The notes under the pieces were generated by a model, which was not told the DNA's origin, did not search any database, and saw nothing but the letters and a program-made list of their open reading frames with translations. Both the position numbers and the translations under genes were made by a program. A stretch of 64,000 nt of DNA from Haliotis cracherodii (taxonomy: Eukaryota), in NCBI RefSeq assembly GCF_022045235.1, contig NW_027266265.1:45570001-45634000 (forward strand). The letters run 5' to 3'. Below, one piece after another: positions 38,801 through 51,100 of the stretch (its first letter is position 1; each line of letters opens with the position of its first letter).

Positions 38801-41166
38801 TGGTCCTCTCGAGTTCGTTATAACCGTAGTCTACTGTAACCCCAAATACTGTCACGTCTAACCCAGTATATTGTCACGAAGTTCTCTCTGTGAACAGTGA
38901 TTCGGGGCATGTGGAGCTAGATGTATAGTGTCCTGTTGTCCTTTCAATAGGACATGGTGCATGTGGAGGCAGAGATTCTGTGATGTCCCGTTGTCCTCCC
39001 AAGAGGAATGAGTGTAGGTGGAGGGAGAGTTTCTGTAATGTCCTGTTGTCCTCTCAATAGGACATGGTGCATGTCGAGCGAGAGTTTCTGTAATGTCCTG
39101 TCGTCCTCCCAAGAGGAATAAGTGTACGTGGCGCTAGTACTATAATGTCCTGTTGTTCTCCCAAGAGGAATAAGTGTACGTGGCGCTAGTACTATAAGGT
39201 CCTGTCGTCCTCCCAAGAGGAATAAGTGTACGTGGCGCTAGTACTATAATGTCCTGTCGTCCTCCCAATAGGACAAGGTGCATGTGGAGTGAGAGTTTCT
39301 GTTATGCCCTGTTGTTCTCCCAAGAGGAATAAGTGTACGTGGCACTAGTACTATAATGTCCTGTCCAGGGTGTACGTGGAGCGAGTGTTTCTGTAATGTC
39401 CTGTTGTCCTTCTCAGAGGACAGGGTGTAGGTTGAGCGAGTGTTTCTGTAATGTCCTGTTGTCCTCTCAATAGGACATGGTGCATGTCGAGCGAGAGTTT
39501 CTGTAATGTCCTGTCGTCCTCCTAAGAGGAATAAGTGTACGTGGCGCTAGTACTATAATGTCCTGTTGTTCTCCCAAGAGGAATAAGTGTACGTGGCGCT
39601 AGTACTATAAGGTCCTGTTGTTCTCCCAAGAGGAATAAGTGGACGTGGCGCTAGTACTATAATGTCCTGTTGTTCTCCCAAGAGGAATAAGTGTACGTGG
39701 CGCTAGTACTATAAGGTCCTGTCGTCCTCCCAAGAGGAATAAGTGTACGTGGCGCTAGTACTATAATGTCCTGTCGTCCTCCCAATAGGACAAGGTGCAT
39801 GTGGAGTGAGAGTTTCTGTTATGCCCTGTTGTTCTCCCAAGAGGAATAAGTGTACGTGGCGCTAGTACTATAATGTCCTGTCCAGGGTGTACGTGGAGCG
39901 AGTGTTTCTGTAATGTCCTGTTGTCCTTCTCAGAGGACAGGGTGTAGGTTGAGCGAGTGTTTCTATAATGTTCTGTTGTCCTTCTCAGAGGACTGGGTGT
40001 AGGTTGAGCGAGGATTTCTGTAATGTTCTGTTGTCCTTCTCAGAGGACTGGGTGTACATGGAGGACAAGAGCTGGCTGCAAGAGGTGGTGTTAAATGACA
40101 AAGGTTCACAGTATTACGGCACCTACACAAAGATGGGAGCCAGGAGTTGGTTCTTCGGCCAGGTAAAGAACGTCTCAGGTCACAGTGGTTGCATTATATT
40201 GGAATATTGAAAAGTTGTTGACCTTTGTACAGATAATAAACTGAGAAAGGGAAATAAGCGACCCCGACCACAAACTGATAATCTGACAGAAAAGTTTGTG
40301 AGTATCAGTGAAGTCTTCTCTGTCANNNNNNNNNNNNNNNNNNNNNNNNNNNNNNNNNNNNNNNNNNNNNNNNNNNNNNNNNNNNNNNNNNNNNNNNNNN
40401 NNNNNNNNNNNNNNNNNNNNNNNNNNNNNNNNNNNNNNNNNNNNNNNNNNNNNNNNNNNNNAACCCGGGTCTTCGGCGTGACGAGCGAAAGCTTTAACCT
40501 CTAGGCGTCCCCACCACCCCTACTATTTATTGAATGTATTTAGGGAAATATTATTTCTTCTCTAAATATAAGCGACAAAACTCCTTCCATATTAATAACA
40601 AATCTTTGCTATAAGCAGAGTCGATTGTACTATTCCGACTATATGATGAGCATGTATCTAAGAATCACTATTAAATAGTGATGATACCAGGTGTTCGCGA
40701 AAAGGTGGACGTATCCTGTCCCTTCGTCATAGACACATGCAAAGGCAAATCCAAACTTTGTTAACAAAGGACGAATGGGGACTAGTTTTTTAACTTCATC
40801 TATGAAATATTAATCTAAATACATTCATGAGCAAGTCCGTGATTTATGATGATATTAAGCATACCTTCTACATTTGCTTCGAAAATCAGCTATTCCCTCG
40901 TTTATGTAAAAAAATAGAATGAAAACATCGTAATCAGCCTCACTGTCACATTTTAATTGTACATGTAGTGTTAGAATATATCGAAAAGAACACATTTTGT
41001 CATTTTTACACATGAATTTCAAATACATTGTTATGAGAAGGGAAGTAACTCATTTGATTTGTCTTGTCATGTCGGCCTCAGTCCATACGACTACTACTAC
41101 TACCACCACCACTACTGCTGCTGCTACTTGTACTATTACTTAGTCTACTACTTCTACGTCACCTTT

Positions 41167-41243
<77 letters not shown>

Positions 41244-42124
41244 ATTGTACTACTACCCCTGCTTTCTGGTGTCCCCCGCCTTGATATTGCTTGAATATTG
41301 CTAAAAGCGGCGTCAAACCATACTCACTCACTCACTACTCCTGCTGCTGCTGCTGCTGCTACAGCTACTGCTCCTTATTTTGCTACTACTACTACTACTT
41401 CTTTTACTACTATCACTACTACTACTGTTGATGTTTTTACTACTACTACTACTACTACTACTGCTACTGCTACTGCTACTACTACTTCTTTTACTACTAT
41501 CACTACTACTACTGTTGATGTTTTTACTACTACTACTACTACTGCTACTACTACTACCACCACCACCACCACTACTACTCTTTCTACATAGGACATGCAG
41601 CATTTCACATGACAGTCTCACAGGTCTTGTACACAATGGAAGATTTGTTGTAGTTCGAGGACGGCATTCTGGACGCTGCGTTTCATCTGGTGAGGAAGGG
41701 GTACGGGTACCGCACCACACCCGACATGGGCAACGCTGCATCTGTATCGAGGATCATCTCCCAGATTGTAAGTAATCCCGGGGTCATGAAGGATCAAATT
41801 CTTGTGCAAAGAACACCAGGACCAGGGTCAAAGAACACCAGGACCAGAGTAATCTGTTTAATGTATTTTGGAGAATATTGTACCATAACCATATATTACG
41901 ATAAAATGAAAATGGATTATTTTTAATATTTTTTCGCCCCACATATTTCATTTTGAGATAATTCATTTTTCTGATTTGATAGCTTGACAAAAATCATAAT
42001 ATTTCGGGACATGCAATCGAGTCGAACACGGATATAAAAATATCACAACAGTGTCGTTATAGGGGAGGTGAGGTGAAATTGGGACGTCCAAGATTATTGC
42101 ACTTATATAGCGACGTGCATGAAC

Positions 42125-42160
<36 letters not shown>

Positions 42161-45100
42161 CTGCTTGTACTAGTCCGGACTGATGCCGATTTATAATGCT
42201 AGCCCACTGAGATACCATGCCGCAGTTTTAACATGAATACCCCACTCAGACACAGTATACTGACTCCGAGCCGACCAGTCCTTGTTTTAGCCCCTTAATG
42301 CCGAGCTCCAGACAGGGTAACAACAAGTACCATCTTTTAACGTCGTTTGGTATGACGCGGCCGGGGATCGAACACCGGACCTTCCGCTCTCCGTGCGGAC
42401 GCTCTACCACTAGACCACGGAGGCGGTCTCCAGTGTCGTTATAAGTTGAAGGTAGACTAGCAGTAACATACTCTACGTGTATACGCTCCATCACCTATCT
42501 CCTCCGCTCCCATTGGCTGTATCTATTGGTCGATGAAATCTACTCTGCTTTACATACACTCTGCATTGCAATACCGATCGTCATCAGGTAAACGCCCCCG
42601 ACGACGACGGCGTGTTGATGGGCAACTGGAGCGGCAATTACGAGGGAGGGACGCGCCCCACCAAGTGGAACGGCAGCGTCAAGATACTTCGTCAGTACAT
42701 GGACACGGCTAAACCTGTCAAGTACGGCCAGTGCTGGGTCTTTTCTGGAGTCGTCACGGCAGGTATATGCTGTCCCAAAGCTGATTTCTTACATCTATCC
42801 AAAGGCCTCCATAACAGTTATATCATGATCGTCCAAAGACAGTCATGGCAGGTATATCGTGATTGTCCTAAGAAAGTCATGGCAGGTATATATTGATTGT
42901 CCTAGGGCAGTCGTGGCAGGCATATATTGATTGTCTCAAGATCGTCATGGTAGGTATATATTGATTGTCCTAAGACAGTCATGGCAGGTATATCTTGATT
43001 GTCCTGAAACATTCATGGCAGGTATATATTGATTGTCCTAAGACAGTCGTAGCAGGTATATATTGGTTGTCCTAAGACAGTCATGGCAGGTATATCTTGA
43101 TTGTCCTGAAACATTCATGGCAGGTATATATTGATTGTCCTAAGACAGTCGTAGCAGGTATATCTTGATTGTCCTAAGACAGTCATGGCAGGTATATCTT
43201 GATTGTCCTGAGACATTCATGGCAGGTATATATTGATTGTCCTAAGACAGTCGTAGCAGGTATATCTTGATTGTCCTAAGACAGTCATGGCAGGTATATA
43301 TTGATTGTCCTGAGACATTCATGGCAGGTATATCTTGATTGTCCTAAGACAATCATGGCAGGTATATCTTGATTGTCCTAAGACAGTCGTAGCAGGTATA
43401 TCTTGATTGTCCTAAGACAGTCATGGCAGGTATATATTGATTGTCCCAAGGCTGCAATAGTTTTATCTCATAAACTTATAAACTCTAAACAACCCTCACA
43501 GAGGTGTCTCAAACACCATGTACGTTATCATGTTTTCATGATTGATTCAGTGTGCCGAGCTCTGGGTCTTCCCTGTCGCAGCATCACCAACTTCGCCTCT
43601 GCCCACAACACCGACACCGACCGCCTCAGTATTGACGTCCTCATGAAGGTGGACGAAGACGACAATGAAACCAATTTGAGCGATGATTCAGTGTGGTACG
43701 TAAAGAAAAAGTCAAATTACCCCGTCCCAGCTATCTATTGCTTGTCGTTCCATATGGACCTGGTGCCCAGGCTCCGTGACGTGGTTGCGTACCCCGAGGA
43801 TGTCGGATGCTCGTCTTGCTACCATTCGCTGGTCTGTCTGATACAGGCTCGATTAATAACAGGTCGTAAAGATATACGAAGGGTGGTTGGAAGGTTCTGA
43901 GACTAACTATGATGGACGGTGTTCATGAAGTATGTTGCTTATTATGTTTTTTCAACACACTCCCGCTCTGATATTCACAGGCAGTTACCAAAGTAGCGTA
44001 GCATTTGCCGTTAATGGACTGATCTTACGAGAGGTCGTCCACCGATACGGTTCCTTTGGAATCTCACCATTCCAGCTAATGGAAGAGATTTTGCCTACTC
44101 AGGAGAAGGGGACGTAAGATGTTTCCAACGGCTTTGATTGTTGTAGAGTCTCTGGCTGACAGCAGAATAGCATCTGCCATTTTTTGTCTGATTTTTTCGC
44201 GAGGTGGTCCACCGATGGGATTCCTTTCGAATATCCCCTTCCCAGCTGATGGAACAGACTTTGCCCTCTTCGGAGGAGGGGACGTTAGATGTTTCCACGG
44301 CTTTGACTGTTGCCTAGAATCTGGCAGATAGTGGGAAACCCAAGACTTAGTGGACTTAAGGTGCTTACATAGGCTTCGTTCTTTCAGGAACTTCCACGTG
44401 TGGAACGAGGTATGGATGAGTCGGCCTGACCTGAGTGACTCCAAGGAGTGGGATGGCTGGCAGGTGATTGACGCCACTCCTCAGGAGTACAGCGACGGTA
44501 GGTGGAATCTTAGGATCTTATATTCGTGTTCATGTCATACTATGTTTTTATTACTTGCCCGTGAAGAGATCACCCGTTTAATAAACATACAGCTGTATTA
44601 CACATTGTGTAATACCAAAACGCGTGCTTATGTACTCTCGGAACACGTTTCACGAACAAATATTGAAAGCTCTCAACATCCCTTGGCTTATTCAACGACA
44701 TTGCGTGTGGAGTTGATAGATCACTGAGAGGAGCTTATGCACACTCGATGACCCCAGCAACCTTGTTGCTAGGCTGACGTCACATGGCATTGTTTCGCCG
44801 ATGGATCTTGCATCAAAATTCCACAAATTACGTCATCGGGTATTGTGACGTTATTGAAAACTTTGAAGGTGCAAGGCCAGTTCCACAAGGCGATCGTATT
44901 GTAGCGCAACGACAGTCGTTGGTCTAAGTTAAAGTATGTGAGATGCGAAAGTCTTAGCCCTACGATAATTTTGTGAATTCTAAAGGTAGACCCGTTGTAT
45001 GGTATGAAATTCATACGTTTCAACTTTTGACATGTTTGAAGTATTATTCTGTTAAACTCAATTGGACTATGTCGTGGATCATGTAGGTGTCAGCCTATTC

Positions 45101-48100
45101 ATACTCCACGGTATAATTAAAAAAACGTTATAAATTGCAGGTAATAAATAAAATACTAAACTCGCTCCCGTGTAAAATCAATTTTATGAAACTCGTGAAT
45201 AGTTGTGGTATCTAACTCTTCACTCGTTTCATAAAATTGGTATTACACGGGAGCTCGTTTAGTATTCTATATATAACACGAGTATCTACCTTCGGAATTT
45301 AGGCAAGTGCAAATGACCCTAAAGGAACCAACCTTTTTTCAATATCATGGATCCACCCGTGATTATAACTGTGTCATCATTGTCAAGGAGTCTACTGCTG
45401 CGGTCCTGCCCCGGTCAAGGCCATCAAAGAAGGGGAGATAAATGTTGGCAAAGACGCAGCTTTCATATTTTCTGAAGTAAATGCTGACCGCGTTGAATTC
45501 AAAGAGGATCCTTGCTCAGGGGTGATGGTGGAGATAAGCAGGAGAACCAGCAGGTAAGCAGTGCCCCTTGTGATTAAAAGCAACATAATCCTTTGCGGAA
45601 TCATGAATAATCTCTGATAACAGCAGTCCATTAGACCATAAGCATATGTTCATGGACCGCTATCAAATACTGATCATATTAGGTATTCGCGAAAAGGTGA
45701 CTGATTATCCAAATCAGAGGTTTCAATCCACAGTAAAAGAGCATCCACCTTAAAAGATCGACGTCGGACAGAAATCTTGATAGGTTTTTGGTGTCTCTGT
45801 TTGTTGTTTTTTTCTTCCTTTTTGTTCTCTTTTGTTTTCTTTTCATTTTTTGAGGGGGAGGGGGGTTGTTTTGTTTTTGTATGTGTCTCAATACTAAACG
45901 AATTATTTTTTTATGCTACATTGAACCGCTGTACTATACCTGAGAGGCCTCGATTGAAAGAGCTGATTTTACGTCCGCTTCATCACGGTTTAATAATTCA
46001 GCGATGTCAAATCTACAGGCAACATGGCTCTAAAGTTAGCGAATGTGTTTATCTTGTAATTGATCTATGTTTCAGCGTGGGCAAAAACATTAGTACACAC
46101 ATGCCGACGGGTAGGGCGTACAGGGGCGCCTCCATGAGAAGGAGGGGGGTTGAAAGCGAAAGCGAGAACCTGGAGCGTCTCGACGTCACTGACGAGTACA
46201 AGTATAAGGAAGGTTTGTTTGTTTGTTTGCTTGTTTGTTTGTTTTTGTTTAACGCCGCACTCATCAATATGTCAGCTATATGACGGCCGTCTGTAAATAA
46301 TCGAGTCTCGACCAGACAAGCCCGTGATTGATATCATGCATATCGATCTACGCAATTGGGATACGAAGACATATACATCAACCAAGTCGGCTTGACCACC
46401 CGATCCCATTAGTTGCCACGAGGAAGGTAATCTATCTCATGGTTCAGTAGGGATCGGAGGGACACAATGTATCCTTAGTGTGGGAAGATCAACTGGTAGG
46501 TCTAGACATGAATAGCCAGTGTTACATATGGAATCTTAGGAGTGACATTGTCGCATTGTCCGCCATACAAAACCAAGCAAGAAATTATAAAATTATCCAA
46601 ACGCGAATTTCGACAAATTGTCACGTTGTCGCATTGTTCCGTTTTAATTAATATATTTTGTTTTATATATAACAAGGCGTGACAATCCAACGGTTGGTCA
46701 AAATGCCCTTTGATGATGTGGTCACTTTTGACTGATACAATGATCTGCCCATTCCTAACGTCATGTTCATGGACTATGTACAATTAAATATTTCTTCATG
46801 TGACAAAAAACACTTCGTACTTCAATCAATTGATTGACATAATGACCATCGATCCATGAATTTGGGAAACGATGACATGTATCAACCAACTCAGCGAGTC
46901 TGACCACCCGATCCCGTTAGTCGCCTTTTACGACAAGCATGGGTTGCTGAAGACCTATTTTACCCCGGATCTTCATGGGTGATTTCAGGTAGTGAAAAAG
47001 AACGAAGTATTGTGAAGAAGGCAGAGCGAATGTTTCTCCTGGCACACTGTGGCTTTGAACACGATGATGAAGAGGAATTGGATGTCCTTCCGCTTGAGGT
47101 AAGGACTAAATACATCTAACTTGACGCCTTCCGTCCTGGAAGTCTATGTCAAACCAAGTTGTGCCTTGGAGACCGACTGACCATTTAATAACCATCGGAA
47201 CAATTGTCTTTTGACCCACAGCACGAGCCATTAGGCATGTTTATAGGTGGACACATTGTGCTTCAATTTTCCTAAATGATTGATGTGTGGACAACCTGAT
47301 AAAGGTTCTGACTGAAGGCAAGTATCTATTCACTAACCGTCACCAGCTATTTCCATAGTGCTATATTGCAGCACCGTGACATCACGATGGTCAGTACTCT
47401 GTATTAATAAATAATAATAATAATAATGATAATATAGTTTATTATTGTGTCATGTGTACATAATACACCTGGCCATTACTGGCCTAAAAGACATCTAAAA
47501 TTATACAATCAATAAAATACATAAATAAAACATTATAACTAATAATATCTTCACATGATTACAGCAACCACCACCCTCCCCCCGCCCCCCTCCACAGACA
47601 CATACTCTCAAGCAAGTTCAACTTAGTCACTAGTTCACACACCTTAGCACACAACACCGCCCCCCCCCCCCCCCCCCCCCCCACCACCACCACCACCACC
47701 AACCAACCCCCTCCACCCCCTTCCTCCATATACGTGTCCCAGATCAGCGAGTCATAAAAATTCAACTCGGTCACTCAATTACACGCGACATTTTATTGAC
47801 ACTTTTTAAACTTTATTTCACACAATTACGTAGGCCACGGATCAATAATAATAATAATAATAATGGTTATATCAATAGAGATATGGTTCCCAAAACAGAG
47901 ACACCTATGCTTCTTACGAGGAATACAACATATTACAAACATTATGTCCATTTAGATGTTTGTATTATCAGCAATATCTGTTTTCCTCAGATCCGTGAAT
48001 ATCCGGGTTAGAAAAGGACTTTAGGACCTTTAACATGCGACACTGCTTGTCGTAAAAAGCGACTAACGGGATCGGGTGGTCAGGCTCGGTGACTTGGTTA

Positions 48101-51100
48101 TATGTCATCGTATCCCAGTTGCTATCAATCACGGGATTGTCTGGTCAAGGATCGATTATATACAGACCGCCATCATATAGCTTGAATATTGCTGAGTGCG
48201 GCGTTAAGCAACAAACAATCAACCAATCAACAATGTTTTCCTAATTACAAGATTATAAATAAACATAAAGTGATATTCATCTTCAATGTATGACACTTAC
48301 AGATCCTCGTAAGATTACGTTCTCAGCTCCGTTGGTTCGTTATGGTACCAGCCTGTTTTAATTCTTTTGGGACCCATATCTTAACCGCGCCAAGCATTTG
48401 CAATGGTAATAAATTTCAGATATGACACTGAATGACCAATACACACACTTCATCCGAAACTCCGTGGGGAATATTTCCCCATCGGTTTAATGCTGGTTGT
48501 AAGAGGCGACTATGTTTTATCGGCTTGTCTGGCTATGCGATCATTTTATATTATTATATTTTGTTACTGGCTGTGCGACCTTTTTTTCTGGCTATGCGTC
48601 CTGACTATGAGACATCTCACCTAAATGAGTTGATCAATGCTCAATATTTCAGTTACCAGCGTGCCTTGTCCAAACTTGGTACTAAATTGGTCTCTGTCAT
48701 ACACACAGTTGAAATATTGCTAACTGCGGCGTTGAACAACATTCACTTACTCACTTCATCCAATGACATGACGTATAACTTTGTAACGATGTATTCAAAC
48801 AGGACATCGAAATTGAAATTGAGGAGATGGATGACATATTTGTGGGTAACGGGTTCGAGTTCACCGTGCACGTGAAGAACAAGGGTAAAGAAGACGCGTG
48901 CTTCAAGGACATCACCCTGAGGGTGCTCTACAAGACGTACCATGACACGTGCCAGGGGGTCGCGGCCTTGAGGAAAGTCAAGGACATTCAGCTGGGCCCG
49001 AACCAGAGTACGGCCAATGCATTTCAGTATAAAGTAAAACCTCAATAATGGTTCACTCTTTATTTATTTTGTACCTATAAAAGTGTTTCTGGTCTATTCC
49101 AATGTGGTTTGTGATCCGGGGTAGAATAGGTCTTCAGCGACCCATGCTTGCCTTAAAAGGGCGACTATGCCTGTCGTAAGAGGCGACTAACGGAATCGGG
49201 TGGTCAGGCTCGCTGACTTGGTGTATGGCATGTGGACGATCTTATTTGCGTTGATCGATGCTCATGATGTCAATTAATGGATTGTCTGGTCCAGACTCGA
49301 TTATTTACAGACCGCCGTCATATAGCTGGAATATTGCTGAGTGCGGCGTTAAACAACAACAACAACAACAATGTGGTTTGTTAAAAGGATAAATTTCAGT
49401 TCATAGTAAAACCGAATGGTAATCCGAATGGGTCAATTTCTATTCATCATGTATGGATAAACGAGTTTCTGGTCCAGTTCTGGTTTGTGAGCGATAAATC
49501 ATGAACAATCTTGTTTCTTTCTGTCGAGTTTTTGATTCCTTGATTAAGAGGTTCCGGTTTTAGTTTGTATGAACGTGAATATGCAGGTGTGAAACATACG
49601 CTCATTCATGTATAACGTCCGAGTCGCTCTTCTTGAAAGTTTTATTACTGAATCTCCCTTTATATACTTCCGTTTCTCTAGCCGAGACGTTGACGATTGA
49701 AGTGGACAAGGACCGCGCCACTGCCTATCCAAATTTGGGGTTCAACTTTGAACTGAGAGCAATCGCGACCTTCTTCCACACATACAACGTCGTCAGTGAA
49801 AGCGAACTGTTCAGACTGAGGCGACCGGACATTGAAGTGAAGGTAAGTCTTGGTTACCTCCCTTGCCGATATAGAACTCCTGGCAGCGATATTTAACGTA
49901 GTCAGTGAAAGAGACTTTTCCGACTGAGACTATTTGGGCTGGGACGGGTAACTCGGGTACCCGGGTCGGGTGGGTACTGAGTAAGACCGGGGTACCCACA
50001 GGACTACCCGGACCCATGGTAAGCCACGTGATATTTTGTTTAATGACAAAAGAATTCTGGAACTCTATACACTACAAGTCACTAATGTTTCTCTCTGACT
50101 ATGCACCCATTACTCCTGACTTTTCATAAGGTTAAATAAATAATTATATAACTTAAGTCAACTTCATTGTAAGCATGACCAGATCGTTTAATACACGTAT
50201 CTAAATACGTTTTGCAAGTGCTGTGGTTAGTAAAAAAGTCCCAATGGGACATTTTGTATCTCTTGAGACCCACAGTGGGTGCCCGGCTAGGGTTGGGTAA
50301 TGGGATGGCTGGATACCCGGGTAGTAAATTTGGGGTGGGTGGGTACCCGGGTAGTAAATCTGGACTCGTCCCACCCCTAGAGATTATTAAGAAGGACTAC
50401 ACGGGGGGTGAGTCGGGTACTTATCGGGAATGTGTCGGGTATATGTCGAAATCGAGTCGATATATGTCAGTATGTATTTCAGGGTCCCGAGACGTGCCGC
50501 CTGTCTGATGTCATCAAGGTGGAGCTGACCTTCACCAACCCTTTGGATGTGGTCCTGACCGAGTGCGAGATCGACATCGAGGGGGGTCTGGAGTGCGTGG
50601 ACCCCGATAAGGACACGTTCCCCGTGCCGTCAGTATTCACCTCTCTCTCACTTACCACGTTCCCCGTGCTGTCAGTGTTCACTTCTCTCTCACATAACAC
50701 GTTCCCCGTGCCAGCAGTACTCACACCTCTCTCACATAACACATTCCCCGTGCCAGCAGTACTCACACTTTTGTCACATAACACGTTCCCCGTGCCAGCA
50801 GTACTCACACCTCTCTCACATAACACATTCCCCGTGCCAGCAGTACTCACACCTCTCTCACATAACACGTTCCCCGTGCCAGCAGTACTCACACCTCTCT
50901 CACATAACACGTTCCCCGTGCCAGCAGTACTCACACCTCTCTCACATAACACGTTCCCCGTGCCAGCAGTACTCACACCTCCCTCACATAACACGCCCCT
51001 GTGCCAGCAGTACTCACACCTCTGACATTTGGTTCATCTACGGTGATGTATAGTTCACCAACATCTACAAATAACGTATGCGCTATCATCTGGTTCACAA

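Noticed and set aside
41059-41775. Poly-Y/L/T/S/V ORFs
   Set aside because: Trinucleotide microsatellite artefacts; only 41654-41767 is exon.
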